From: Candidatus Latescibacterota bacterium
Lineage (GTDB): Bacteria; Latescibacterota; UBA2968; UBA8231
Reading direction: 5' to 3'
Assembly: GCA_965217585.1 (NCBI GenBank)
Contig: OZ244561.1
Coordinates: forward strand, 1,152,001 to 1,216,000
DNA length: 64,000 bases
This document shows, piece after piece, positions 27,722-37,848 of the stretch (position 1 is its first letter; each line of letters opens with the position of its first letter). The notes under the pieces are model-generated. The model was not told the origin of the DNA. It searched no databases and saw only the letters and a program-made list of their open reading frames with translations. Both the position numbers and the translations under genes were made by a program.

Positions 27722-28683
27722 GTGCCCCGAGTAACAACCTCCTGAGCGGGTTTTTGGTCTTCAGCGTTTTGATTTTTATAGCGTCATTGCTCGTGCGGGA
27801 GGACGCGGCAATCGAACCCGTCGTGGACACCGCAGCCGACACCGCGGACAGTTTGGCATCTACATCCTCATTCGCTCTAAGCACGCCGCACGAGGACAAC
27901 CTTACCCTCGCGAGTTACGACCTCAAAAAACCAGCGCGGCGTTTCAAGCTGCCGAAGCAGTGGCGGGAGATCTCCGGCTTGACCATGCTTGGAGAGAACC
28001 GACTCCTCGCGCACGATGACGAAAGGGGCGTAGTATTCGAGATAGACTATCGCGATGGTTCGATTGTAAAGGCGTTTGCACTCAGCGATCAGCTCGATCC
28101 GGTCGCCGACGACTTCGAAGGCATCGCCGCGGCTGAAGGCCGCGTGTACCTCGTTTCGAGTTCAGGGCGGTTATACGAGTTTGTCGAAGGCTCCGATGGA
28201 GAGACTGTTCTCTACAATCTATATACAACCGGAATTGGACGAGACCACGAAATAGAGGGACTCGCCTACGACCCGGACCAACGGGTGCTATTGCTCATCA
28301 GCAAAAACCCCAAGAACCCCGGGCAGACAGGCCTAGTAACGATATGTCGCTGGTCCCTCGATACCAAGCAGCTCGTCGAGGGTGGCCATATCCTCATACC
28401 AGCCGTCGCGCTCTCGAGCCGCACCGACAGCAAGCGATTCCAACCTTCGGGCATCGAGCGGCACCCGGTATCGGGAAACTACTTTGTCGTGGCGGCCCGC
28501 CAGGGCGCCATTGCCGAGATTACCCCAAAGGGACAGGTCCTCGCCGTCGCGGATCTTGCGGCTGATCGGCATCCACAGACCGAGGGCATTGCGTTTACTT
28601 CCGACAATACACTGATCGTATCCGACGAAGGGGTGAGCAAGCGCGCGACCCTGACTTTTTACTCCGTTTCAAAGGGCCGGTAA
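27718..28683 (+). CDS. SdiA-regulated (YjiK-like) beta-propeller protein, copy 2
   Basis: Highly similar to 22459-23475 at protein and DNA level. Confidence 0.85.
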   Translation: MSAPSNNLLSGFLVFSVLIFIASLLVREDAAIEPVVDTAADTADSLASTSSFALSTPHEDNLTLASYDLKKPARRFKLPKQWREISGLTMLGENRLLAHDDERGVVFEIDYRDGSIVKAFALSDQLDPVADDFEGIAAAEGRVYLVSSSGRLYEFVEGSDGETVLYNLYTTGIGRDHEIEGLAYDPDQRVLLLISKNPKNPGQTGLVTICRWSLDTKQLVEGGHILIPAVALSSRTDSKRFQPSGIERHPVSGNYFVVAARQGAIAEITPKGQVLAVADLAADRHPQTEGIAFTSDNTLIVSDEGVSKRATLTFYSVSKGR

Positions 28684-28739
28684 TTGCAGGCTTGTCCCGG
28701 CGGACGGAATCTTTGTGGCCACCCAGGCGTTACTTGGGA

Positions 28740-29894
28740 ATGAACTATCCCCAAAAAGCGACGCGCCGGCGCGGTTTAGCGCTGGGGATCGTCTTGCTCT
28801 TGGCGCTGGTCGTGGTCGTAGCAGGTTGCCGGGCGGGGCACCTGCAAGGGGAGAACTACGGTGCCGACGACGAGCCGTACATCCGGCGGGATGTCCCGTC
28901 GGATGCGATCGCGACCAGCGGTCGGGTCGCGTATCGAGTCATCTTGGTCGGAGACACTGGGGAGCCGGTGCCGGACGATCCCACCCTTGCCGCAATCGGG
29001 CGCTGGGCGGCTCCGCAGGAGCGGGCCGCGGTCGTGCTACTGGGGGACAACCTCTACCCGTCGGGGCTTGCAGCCGATGACCGCGCTAGGGGTGAAGCCA
29101 TTTTGCGCCAGCAGCTCGCGGCGACCTCGGCGCTGCGGATTTTCGTGCCGGGCAACCACGATTGGGGCTCTTCACCGCAAGACTGGACGGGAGCGCACGT
29201 CGTCGCGCAGCAGGAATTCGTGCTTGCGTGGCCAGAGGGCGACGTGGACTTCCTACCCCGCGATGGATGCGCCGGCCCAGTCGTGCGCGAGTTGCTCAAG
29301 CCTGGGGATGGGCTGGAGCAGGGGGTCGCGGTCGTCGCCATTGACTGGATGCCTTGGTTCTCACCGGTCGCCGACACTAGCAGGTGCCCGGACGGGGATT
29401 TCGGGGCGCGGATCGACGCGGCCTTCTCGGCCCTAAAGAGGCATTTCGTGATCGTGGTGAGCCACTTTCCGCTGCGCTCGGGCGGCATCCGCGCCGGCTT
29501 CAGCCGCGGGTTCATCATCGACTTCTTCATAGACTTCTATCACCTGCTGCGACCGCGACCGCCCCTCAATCTGTACAATCCGCAATACATGGTCCTCGCA
29601 AAGCAGGTGAAGGACGCGTTAGCAAGACACCGGCCCCTCGTCTATGCCGCGGGACACGATCACAGCCTACAGCTCTTCGAGGCGGACGAAGTCGCTCGGA
29701 TGCACATCGTGAGCGGGGCGGGTTCGGCCGGCAAAGTGTCGCCCGTAACCGCCGTGGCCGGGACGATCTTCGCCCACGCCGTCCCGGGATTCGCGGTACT
29801 CGATTTCGCAATCCACGACGGAGTTGACACCCCAGTCGTACGCATCGTGAGAACTGGGCAGGAAGTGCCCGTGTTCCAGATGCGCATTCCGTAG
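28740..29894 (+). CDS. Calcineurin-like metallophosphoesterase, probable lipoprotein
   Basis: GDTG, LGDNLYP, PGNHDW, SHFP, AGHDH and VSGAGS motifs; VVAGC lipobox. Confidence 0.9.
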   Translation: MNYPQKATRRRGLALGIVLLLALVVVVAGCRAGHLQGENYGADDEPYIRRDVPSDAIATSGRVAYRVILVGDTGEPVPDDPTLAAIGRWAAPQERAAVVLLGDNLYPSGLAADDRARGEAILRQQLAATSALRIFVPGNHDWGSSPQDWTGAHVVAQQEFVLAWPEGDVDFLPRDGCAGPVVRELLKPGDGLEQGVAVVAIDWMPWFSPVADTSRCPDGDFGARIDAAFSALKRHFVIVVSHFPLRSGGIRAGFSRGFIIDFFIDFYHLLRPRPPLNLYNPQYMVLAKQVKDALARHRPLVYAAGHDHSLQLFEADEVARMHIVSGAGSAGKVSPVTAVAGTIFAHAVPGFAVLDFAIHDGVDTPVVRIVRTGQEVPVFQMRIP

Positions 29895-29931
29895 CGTGAT
29901 TTCGCGTGACCGGACAATCCGAACCGGGTTT

Positions 29932-32595
29932 CTAAAACATGAATCCGCCGCGCAGGTATATGCCGGTCAAATCCTCGCCCTCCATCATCGCCGCGCTCAA
30001 CGTCGCCCGACGCTTGAGAAACGAGATCCAAAGCCCGCCGCCGCTGCCAATGTGCCAGCCATCGGCCTCCTCCGAGTCGGCGTCGAAGAATACCCGCCCC
30101 GCATCGACGGCGGCGAATGCGCCAAGTTCACCCGGAGACGGGAACCGGATTCGAGTCAGCCGCACCCGGAACTCACCGTTCCCGTAGAGGGCGGACTCGC
30201 CAGCGAAGCGGTCCTCGCGGAAGCCCCGCAGGTTGTCGGGGCCGCCGACCGCGGCGGCTTCGTGGAACGGAAACGCGCCGCGGATGGTTTTGCCGCCCAC
30301 GCGCAGGGCGAGAGTGGGCAGAGTGGGAACGTTGGCTGACAGGTACGCAGATGCGTCGCCGGCAACGTAGCCGAAGGTCGATTCGACGTCCCACAGCTTT
30401 GGGTAGAGTTCGCCGCTGAGCCTGAACCGCACGCCCCGCCGGGCATGGCCCGAATTGTCTCGGGCATCGTAAACGAGTTCCCCGCCGACGCCGATCTGCC
30501 CGAAGGCCTCCGTCCCGTACAGGGGCGTCTCATAGGTGGCGATGAACTTCCCCTTGTTGTCGTGCAAAGGGGTGTCGGTAAACTTGACGAGCGGCCCGCC
30601 GGTCAGAGTCCACATCCCCTGCGACCGATCAGAGACCCAAAGGAGCGTGGGCGCGAAGAGGAACTGCGCCTGCTCCACCTCGTAGAACGACTCGGCACGC
30701 AGGATCTCAACGTCGTTTCCGAAGCCGTTGAAGCGAATCACGTTGAAGCTGGAGTATTCCATCTGAAGCAGACCGTCTAGGTCCCGCAGTAGATGCCGGA
30801 ACTTCCCAGAATAGGCAACAAGGGGTTTGGTTCTCGCGCTAGCGGTGACTCCGAGGTCGAACGAGTGTTGCGACGCATACGGCTTCTTCCGATAGCCATG
30901 GTATATCCGGGTGTAGAACAGCCCGGCGTAGGCACCGAGGTCTGGGCTGTAGCTGACGATCGGCAGCGAAACCGTCTCCCAGCCCCAGTCGATGACGTAC
31001 CTGTCCGTAACCGCCCTCGAGGGAGCCGGCCGCTTGTACGGCCGCTCGTCGATCAGGGCCTTGTGCGCGTCGAAGCGGTTCTCACCGCGAGCGTCGTAGA
31101 ATCGCGTCATCCACCGTCCAGCCCGCGACCGGTTCGCGTAGGTATCGCCGCCGCTGCCGCCATCGACGCGGGCCCTGATCTTAGCCCGCTCTCCGAGGAG
31201 GACGATCTCATCGTCCCCGCCGTGTAGGTAGATCCTGACTTCCTTTGTCTCATGGGGATACAGGGTGCGGCGGAAGTACGGGGCGCTCTGCGTCCCCGCC
31301 AAGCGGATGCGAACCTCTAACTCGCCGTTCTCTCGATGTTCCAATTCGAGGTACTCGTCCTCGTCCGTCCCCTTGATCTCAACCTCTCTGCTAATAAACT
31401 CGTAGTACCGTGCTGCGAACTCGCCGAGATGGTCGCGGCGCGTCTTCAGCGCCCGGGTGAGGAAATCCCCCACCTGCTCGTAGTACGGGTCCGGCAATCG
31501 CCGGACGGCGTCCTCAATCACCGGGTCCGGCAGTTCGGCCTGCACCGTGGTGGCCACGGAGTCCCACGCGCTCCACTCCAACTCGGCCAGTAGCTCGCGG
31601 TCGAGTTCCCAGCCGTTGCGGGGGAGTCCTCGGTGGTCCGGGTACTGCTCTTGAAAGCGGACGTATTTGGGCTCGATCCAGCGCACCAGCTTCATGAGTA
31701 GGCCGTCGAAATCGATGAAGGCTTGGTCCCGGTCTTCGGGGATGGGTAACCACGTGTAGCAGTCTCCGACCGGAAATCGCGCCCAGCGCCATTGGCCCGA
31801 GTGCCGATCCTTGTCGCCGACGAGAAAATCGACGAGTCGCGCCTTGAGATAAGCGCGCGCATCAACTCGTTCGCAGGGCGTCTTTTCGAGGCGCTTGTAT
31901 AGCTTGTCCGTGCCGCTCACCTTGCGGGATCCGGCAAATCCCGGCTCATCGTCGGCCGCTTCGGACGGATGTTCCTGCAAGGTGCCGATCAGCCCGGCAA
32001 ACTCTTGGCGATACTCTCCCAACCGCGGATCGTCGGGGATTACTACCAGCCGGTGCGACGCGTGCAGTATGCCCGTTGCTTCCATCAGCGCATCCACCAC
32101 CAGCCCCCCCGTCGGCAGCAGGGCACTCATGAGATCTTGAATCACATCCTCGACGACGGTATCCTTGAGTTCCTCCATCAGCCGCTTGGATGGATCCTTG
32201 TCGAGGGAGCGCACCGTGTAACGGCGGCCGTCCTGGCCCACAAAATGCAGCGAAATGGACTGGCCAAAGCCGCCCGTGCGCATGGGCGACAATCCGCCGC
32301 CCACCGCATCGAGATCGAGGATCGGCACCTCGATCGGCGTCGTCCAGATCTGGCGATAGTTGCTACCGTAGATCCACCGCTGCAAACGACCTGCTTTGAA
32401 TCGCTCACCCGGTACCACCACGTGCATCGTGTCGCCCTTCTCCGGGATAGAGCGATGAATTAGCTGGCCGGCCTTTGCCACTACCGCATCAGCACCCCCA
32501 AGATGCAGGGCAGCAACAAGCAGCGCCGTCGCCCGGCGACGTAGCCAAGGACTGCTCAGATGCTCGTTTCGGTTCATCTCTTTATCACCCTCCAT
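29932..32595 (-). CDS. Omp85 (BamA/TamA-type barrel) protein with N-terminal atypical kinase-like domain, copy 2
   Basis: DFLVGDKDRHSGQWRW, PEDRDQAF, LRGFREDRFAG motifs; ends RGGFMF. Confidence 0.85.
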   Translation of the reverse strand: MEGDKEMNRNEHLSSPWLRRRATALLVAALHLGGADAVVAKAGQLIHRSIPEKGDTMHVVVPGERFKAGRLQRWIYGSNYRQIWTTPIEVPILDLDAVGGGLSPMRTGGFGQSISLHFVGQDGRRYTVRSLDKDPSKRLMEELKDTVVEDVIQDLMSALLPTGGLVVDALMEATGILHASHRLVVIPDDPRLGEYRQEFAGLIGTLQEHPSEAADDEPGFAGSRKVSGTDKLYKRLEKTPCERVDARAYLKARLVDFLVGDKDRHSGQWRWARFPVGDCYTWLPIPEDRDQAFIDFDGLLMKLVRWIEPKYVRFQEQYPDHRGLPRNGWELDRELLAELEWSAWDSVATTVQAELPDPVIEDAVRRLPDPYYEQVGDFLTRALKTRRDHLGEFAARYYEFISREVEIKGTDEDEYLELEHRENGELEVRIRLAGTQSAPYFRRTLYPHETKEVRIYLHGGDDEIVLLGERAKIRARVDGGSGGDTYANRSRAGRWMTRFYDARGENRFDAHKALIDERPYKRPAPSRAVTDRYVIDWGWETVSLPIVSYSPDLGAYAGLFYTRIYHGYRKKPYASQHSFDLGVTASARTKPLVAYSGKFRHLLRDLDGLLQMEYSSFNVIRFNGFGNDVEILRAESFYEVEQAQFLFAPTLLWVSDRSQGMWTLTGGPLVKFTDTPLHDNKGKFIATYETPLYGTEAFGQIGVGGELVYDARDNSGHARRGVRFRLSGELYPKLWDVESTFGYVAGDASAYLSANVPTLPTLALRVGGKTIRGAFPFHEAAAVGGPDNLRGFREDRFAGESALYGNGEFRVRLTRIRFPSPGELGAFAAVDAGRVFFDADSEEADGWHIGSGGGLWISFLKRRATLSAAMMEGEDLTGIYLRGGFMF

Positions 32596-32634
32596 GGCTA
32601 AACAACGGACAGCAAAGTACGGGATAGATAGCTC

Positions 32635-33993
32635 CTATTCAAACGCTTTCTCCAAGGCCGCTGGAAACACGTGTATTTGATTTGCATACGCCTCGCGCAA
32701 CTCGGCCAATAGCACATCCATGGCCTCGGTTTCGGCCTGTTGTCTCAGGACCGTGCGAATGCTCTCCCGCACAAAAGCAAAATCCGCTACCTGGCCGGCG
32801 GCGCGGGTAAACTGGTCGAGGTGCTGGTCGTAAAAGGCCCGCACGGCCTCGTCGCCGATTTCTCCGACCTGTGCGGCCTCGGCTTGGTAGAGCCGCTTGA
32901 CCAACAAGGCGTCTCGTTCCCTTGCGACGCTGGCGCGGATATCCGCATCGTCGTCAATCCCCAGTTTGCGGGCTTCCGCTACCATGATCTGCTTGCCAGC
33001 GAGGTTATCTACGGCCTTGTACAGGCGCGCACTGTCGAGTTCGGCCGGATGCGGCGCGCGGCCCTGCTCGACTAAGGCGAGGTACTCCCGCGCCATGAGC
33101 TGGCCACCGCGCCAAGTGAGCAGCGGCGCGTCCCCTTCATCCCACCGAGTCGATTGCTGCGGAACGGCGAGCAACTCGGCAAAAACCTCCGCGTCCAGCG
33201 CGAGCTGATACCGCTGGCGCAGAGTGCCGACGTAGCGCTCCATATCGTCGGCCCGGCTCTGCACGCGGACCTTTTTCTCCACCCACTCGCGGACCGCGGC
33301 AAAATCGACGGGGCGTCGTTCCCCAAGCCTGAAGACGTGGTAGCCACTCGCGGTCTGCACGGGGTCGGGATACACGCTGCCGACGGGCATGGTAGCGAGC
33401 GGCACCTTCAGCCCCTCGTACACCTCGCCGATCTTGAACCAGCCGACCCAACCGCCGGGGCCAAAGCGCTGCTGGATGTTCTGCAGAGAATAGGGCCGCA
33501 CCAGCGACTCAAAAGGCGTCCCTTCGCCAAGCAGCTCGAGGACGAGGCGGGCCTCTTCTTCGGTGGCGCAGACAATGTGCTGACTGAGCACTTCTACGTC
33601 GTACTGCTGTTGGGCAAAGAACGCCCGCAGGTCCGCGTCCGAAAACGAATACGACGCCTGTACGGCCTCTAGCTCGTAGAGCTTGTTCATCAGCGCCTTG
33701 CGCTCGCTCTTGGCCACGGCTTGGGCGATGTCCGGGTCGCGGTCGTACCCGCGCCGGAGGGCCTCGGCAATGAGCAATTCCCGCGCGATGACGCCATCGA
33801 GCAGTTCCTGCTTGCCCTGCTGATTCAGCTCCTCGACGTGGCTGTAGCCGGTCTCCCGCAGCTTTTGCGCCATCGCCTCAAACTGCCGCACCGAAACGAC
33901 CTTGTCGCCGATGTGCAGAACCGTCTCTTCCGCGCCTAGAGCCGCGCTGCCCAAGACGAGGAATGCTAAGGTGCTAACTAGCGAATATTTCAC
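32635..33993 (-). CDS. Parvulin/PpiC-type peptidyl-prolyl isomerase (SurA/PrsA-like)
   Basis: Start reassigned to GTG (VKYSLVSTLAFLVLGSAALG signal); HIVCATEEEA, GGWVGWF and PVQTASGYHVFRL motifs. Confidence 0.85.
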   Translation of the reverse strand: MKYSLVSTLAFLVLGSAALGAEETVLHIGDKVVSVRQFEAMAQKLRETGYSHVEELNQQGKQELLDGVIARELLIAEALRRGYDRDPDIAQAVAKSERKALMNKLYELEAVQASYSFSDADLRAFFAQQQYDVEVLSQHIVCATEEEARLVLELLGEGTPFESLVRPYSLQNIQQRFGPGGWVGWFKIGEVYEGLKVPLATMPVGSVYPDPVQTASGYHVFRLGERRPVDFAAVREWVEKKVRVQSRADDMERYVGTLRQRYQLALDAEVFAELLAVPQQSTRWDEGDAPLLTWRGGQLMAREYLALVEQGRAPHPAELDSARLYKAVDNLAGKQIMVAEARKLGIDDDADIRASVARERDALLVKRLYQAEAAQVGEIGDEAVRAFYDQHLDQFTRAAGQVADFAFVRESIRTVLRQQAETEAMDVLLAELREAYANQIHVFPAALEKAFE

Positions 33994-34074
33994 TGTCCCT
34001 ACTTCCTTTTTTGGCTTACTTCCCGAATCACAATGCATTGATCGGCTTCCACGTCCACCAATGTTTGCACGCGC

Positions 34075-34244
34075 CGCTGGGTCAATCTGCGTGTGATCAC
34101 CTAAACCGAGCATCAGGGACACGTCGCTGGACCCCATGTAGCCGTAGCTGCAGCGGATCTCCCGCGTCTGCACCAAGTAGCCAGCCACGGCGCGGACACT
34201 CTCGATCAACAGCGCCGGCCCACAGCGGCAAGGTGCGCGGCATC
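34075..34244 (-). pseudogene. Remnant of a CRTAC1/ASPIC-UnbV gene (internal deletion)
   Basis: VRAVAGYLVQTREIRCSYGYMGSSDVSLMLGLG matches VRAVAGDLVQVREIRAGYGYMGSNDVRLTLGLG in 62357-64000. Confidence 0.75.
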
Positions 34245-35430
34245 AGCGGCCAGCCTGCGCGGCGATTTGCTCGGCGGCCGCGAGGTTGCGGCGGAGCTTG
34301 GGGTGGTCGGGCTGGTGGCGCAAGCCGTGGCGGAAGGAGGCAATGGCGCGTTCGTACTGCTTGCGCAACATTTGGACATTTCCCAAACCCAAGTGCGCGA
34401 GGGCGTACGTGGAATCGGCCTGCAATGCTTGGCGAAACCTCTGCTCGGCCGCATCCAGTTCCCCACGGCGGAAGTGGATGTTGCCGAGGTTGTGGTGCGC
34501 GGGCGCGAAAGCAGGGTCGCGGTCGAGTGCTTGGAGGTAGCGAATGCGCGCTTCTCGCTGCTGGCCGCGCTGTCCGTACACAACGGCCAAGTCGTGGTAG
34601 GCCCCGGCGTCGTCTGGATGCGTCGCCAAGGTGTTTTTCAGCATGGCGATCCGGTCTTCCTCCTCGTCGAGCCGCTTGTACAGCGCGAGCTGGCGTCGCC
34701 CCGCTTCCTTCTGTCCAGAGCGCAGCAAGGTGTTGCCGAGGTTGAAGCGGGCTTGGGCAAACAGCGAATCTAGCTGCACGGCGCGGCGGAATTGGGCCAT
34801 GGCGGGGCCGTAGTCGCGCCGGAGGTAATAACTGCGCCCCAAGCCATTGCGAAATTGGGCCGAAGTCGTGTCCGCAGCTACGGCGCTACTAAAGGCTTGC
34901 TCGGCGGCCGCATAGTCGTTTTGCTTGAGATAGGCTTCGCCGAGGTTGAACCACGCCTCCCCGTACCTAAGCACGGCGGCAATCGCCCGCTGATAGGCGG
35001 CAATCGCGGCTGGGTAGCGTCCCTCGCGGGCATGTAGCAACCCCAGCACCATGTGCGCCCGGGCGCGGTCGGGCTGCTCCCGCACCGTCTGTTCGAGCAA
35101 GGCCAAGGCATCGTCGTAGCGGTCGAGGCGCGTCAGCAGGATCGCCAACTCGGTCCGCGTCTTGGCGTGGCTCGGCGCTAGGGCAATGGCCTGCTCGTAC
35201 GCGCGAACGGCCGCGGGCAGGGCCTCATTTCTCGCATGCGCCTCGGCCAACTTGCGGTAGAGCACCGCCGATGTTGCGTTCTGGTCAACGGCGCGTTGGT
35301 AGTGGGCGGCGGCTTCTCCGTAGTGGCCAGCGCGCATCGAGCGGTCGCCGTGTACTTCGTGTGCCGGGTCGGGTGCTTCCGCACAGCCGACAATCGCCAG
35401 CAGGAGCAGAGAGGGTCTGTACCAAGACAT
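34243..35430 (-). CDS. Tetratricopeptide repeat lipoprotein
   Basis: MSWYRPSLLLLAIVGC lipobox; many AxxNLG TPR units. Confidence 0.9.
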   Translation of the reverse strand: MSWYRPSLLLLAIVGCAEAPDPAHEVHGDRSMRAGHYGEAAAHYQRAVDQNATSAVLYRKLAEAHARNEALPAAVRAYEQAIALAPSHAKTRTELAILLTRLDRYDDALALLEQTVREQPDRARAHMVLGLLHAREGRYPAAIAAYQRAIAAVLRYGEAWFNLGEAYLKQNDYAAAEQAFSSAVAADTTSAQFRNGLGRSYYLRRDYGPAMAQFRRAVQLDSLFAQARFNLGNTLLRSGQKEAGRRQLALYKRLDEEEDRIAMLKNTLATHPDDAGAYHDLAVVYGQRGQQREARIRYLQALDRDPAFAPAHHNLGNIHFRRGELDAAEQRFRQALQADSTYALAHLGLGNVQMLRKQYERAIASFRHGLRHQPDHPKLRRNLAAAEQIAAQAGR

Positions 35431-35448
35431 GTAAAAAGTATAGACCGC

Positions 35449-35478
35449 GTAGGGGGCGGTTTGCAAACCGCCCCCTAC
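35449..35478. repeat. GTAG-type REP palindrome
   Basis: gtagggggcggtttgcaaaccgccccctac is a perfect palindrome. Confidence 0.75.
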
Positions 35479-35538
35479 CTTACAACAAACCAATCCCTAC
35501 CCTTCACAACAAACCACCTCTACCCACAGGATCAATTC

Positions 35539-36828
35539 ATGAAACGCAGAGCATTCTTCAAAGGAATCGCCGCAGCCGCAGCCGCAGCCCCGCTCCTTCC
35601 CGACGTGGCCGCCGGACTTACCGAGCGACTCGGCACCCTCGGCCAAGACGTAGCGGCCGCCAGCAACGAGCGCGCCCTGTGGCAGCGGCTGCGGCGAGAG
35701 TTTCGTCTGCACCCAGGGCTAGTGCATCTCAACTGCGGCAGTATTGGGGCGACGCCTCGCGTGGTAACTGACGCCCTGACCTCATACCTCGCCGAACTGG
35801 AGGGCAATCCACTGGCCAACACCTGGGGCGGCCTCGGCAGCGAGATGGAAACAGTGCGGGCCAAGGGGGCGGAGTTCATCGGGGCCGAGCTAGACGAAAT
35901 CGCGCTGACGCGCAATACAACCGAAGGCATGAACCACGTAGCCAGCGGCCTCGACCTCCAGCCGGGCGACGAGGTGCTGACGACAAATCACGAGCACGGC
36001 GGCGGCATGGTCTGCTGGCAGCACTTGGCGCGCACTCGCGGCGTCGTAGTTCGCTACATCAAAATGCCCAATCCCGTGCGCGATGCCGCCGAGATCCTGC
36101 AACTAGTAGAGGATCACCTAACGCCGCGCACCCGCGTGTGCAGCTTCTGTCACATCGATACCATCACCGGACTGCAAATGCCACTAACAGCCATCGCCGC
36201 CCTCACCCAACCCCGCGACATCCTGCTGGTCTGCGACGGCGCGCAGGCCCCGGGCATGATCGACGTCGACGTCAAAGCCCTCGGCGTAGACACCTATGCC
36301 TCCAGCAGCCACAAGTGGATGCTCGCTCCCAAGGGCACGGGACTGCTCTACATCCGCAGGGAAGTGCAAGATCGCGTCCGGCCCGTGTTCACCTATTCCG
36401 GTTACAACGCCTATTCCGCCTCGTCCGGCACCCGCAACGTGCCGCAGATCGTCGCACACGGGGTGGCGATGGAATTCCACAACACCATCGGCCGCCCGCG
36501 CATCGAAGCGCGCTGCCGCCAGCTCTGCGCCTACGCGCGCCAGCGCCTAGCGGAAATCCCCCAACTCACACCGATCACCCCACCCCAGCACGAGCTGTCC
36601 TCGGGCATCGCCAGCTTCTCGCTCACCAGCGGCAGCCACAGCGAAGTCGTCGCCGCGCTGCAAAAGCGCGACATCTTCCTCAAACCAGCACAGGGCACGT
36701 ACGCCTACGTGGAGGACGCCGGCGTGCCAAAGGAAAACTACAACGCCATCCGCATCTCCACGCACATCTTCAACGACGAGACCGACATCGACCGCGCTGT
36801 CGAGGCGTTGCAGCAAGTCCTCGGCTGA
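35539..36828 (+). CDS. Class V PLP-dependent aminotransferase (cysteine desulfurase/isopenicillin N epimerase-like) with Tat signal
   Basis: MKRRAFFK Tat motif; HLNCGS, RNTTEG, DGAQAPG and SSSHKWMLAPKGTG motifs. Confidence 0.9.
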   Translation: MKRRAFFKGIAAAAAAAPLLPDVAAGLTERLGTLGQDVAAASNERALWQRLRREFRLHPGLVHLNCGSIGATPRVVTDALTSYLAELEGNPLANTWGGLGSEMETVRAKGAEFIGAELDEIALTRNTTEGMNHVASGLDLQPGDEVLTTNHEHGGGMVCWQHLARTRGVVVRYIKMPNPVRDAAEILQLVEDHLTPRTRVCSFCHIDTITGLQMPLTAIAALTQPRDILLVCDGAQAPGMIDVDVKALGVDTYASSSHKWMLAPKGTGLLYIRREVQDRVRPVFTYSGYNAYSASSGTRNVPQIVAHGVAMEFHNTIGRPRIEARCRQLCAYARQRLAEIPQLTPITPPQHELSSGIASFSLTSGSHSEVVAALQKRDIFLKPAQGTYAYVEDAGVPKENYNAIRISTHIFNDETDIDRAVEALQQVLG

Positions 36829-36858
36829 TAGACCCACCCCTCTTTGACCTTCCTTCCC

Positions 36859-36888
36859 CGTAGGGGCGACCGGCCGGTCGCCCCTACG
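36859..36888. repeat. GTAG-type REP palindrome
   Basis: cgtaggggcgaccggccggtcgcccctacg. Confidence 0.8.
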
Positions 36889-36892
36889 TCTT

Positions 36893-36920
36893 TGAACGAA
36901 ATGGCGACCTAATCCGTATA
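36893..36920 (+). promoter_or_regulatory. Candidate autoregulatory ECF promoter TGAAC-N17-CGTATA
   Basis: Matches the typical AAC/CGT ECF promoter pattern, ~55 nt upstream of the ECF gene. Confidence 0.55.
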
Positions 36921-36973
36921 AATAGATGTGAACAATCTCAGGGCCGCAGGCTAAAACTCGTCTGGATTCTCCT

Positions 36974-37501
36974 ATGGGCTGGAGCGACGAAGCATTGATG
37001 GAAAACCTCCGCCGAGGAGATATGCAGGCGTTTGACGAACTCTACACGCGCCATCGCCAGCCCCTTTTCAATTTTATCTTGCGGCTCTTGCAGGACGCGG
37101 CCTTGGCAGAAGATGTGTTTCAGGAGACCTACATGCGCGTATTGGAAAACGCCGACCGCTTCAAGCCTCGGGGCAAATTTTCGACCTATCTCTATACCAT
37201 AGCCCACAACCTGTGCATGGACGAACTGCGCCGCCAAAGCACGAGCATTCCAGCCGAGCAAATGGCCGTGCCATCAGCTCGTAGCCCCCACGACCATCTG
37301 CTCAAGCGAGAAGACGAAGAAGCCGCACACCAACTGCTCGCGGCCCTGCAACCCCACTTGCGCGCCATAGTCGTCCTCCGCGTCCTACACGATTACTCGC
37401 AGGAAGAGACCGCGAAAATCGTCGGCGTACCCGTCGGAACCGTCAAAAGCCGTTTGCACCACGCCCTAAAACAATTGCGCCAAATGGCACCGAACCCATG
37501 A
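36974..37501 (+). CDS. ECF-type RNA polymerase sigma factor
   Basis: AEDVFQETY, FSTYLYTIAHNLCMD and GVPVGTVKSRLHHA motifs. Confidence 0.92.
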   Translation: MGWSDEALMENLRRGDMQAFDELYTRHRQPLFNFILRLLQDAALAEDVFQETYMRVLENADRFKPRGKFSTYLYTIAHNLCMDELRRQSTSIPAEQMAVPSARSPHDHLLKREDEEAAHQLLAALQPHLRAIVVLRVLHDYSQEETAKIVGVPVGTVKSRLHHALKQLRQMAPNP

Positions 37502-37848
37502 ACCAAGACCGCCGCACCATACAAGAGATTCGAGCGCTGTTGGGCTCTGTACCCGAAGTGCAGCTGCCGCCTAGACTAGACGAGGAAGTGCGGTCTAAAG
37601 CCGTGAGTTGGGCCAGAAAAAGGCGGGCCGAGGAAGCGCGACTCCACATCCCCCTTTACGGTAAAATCGCCCTAGGACTAGTCGCCTTGGAATTGTTCGC
37701 CCTGCTCTACGCCGTAGGCCCAAGGCTCGACATTGACCAGATCATACGAGCCTCTGTCCTCGGCTTAGTCGGCTTGAACATCGCCGCGCTGTTGACGAGC
37801 CCGATTATTCTTTTACACCGCCAAAGAAGGGAGCTATCCCATGAATGA
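37498..37848 (+). CDS. Small membrane protein, putative anti-sigma factor
   Basis: Overlaps the ECF stop (ATGA); cytoplasmic N-terminus plus two TM segments. Confidence 0.55.
   Translation: MNQDRRTIQEIRALLGSVPEVQLPPRLDEEVRSKAVSWARKRRAEEARLHIPLYGKIALGLVALELFALLYAVGPRLDIDQIIRASVLGLVGLNIAALLTSPIILLHRQRRELSHE

Noticed and set aside
33994-34209. N-terminal extension of the PPIase ORF
   Set aside because: It is the in-frame ASPIC remnant; the real signal peptide starts at GTG 33993.
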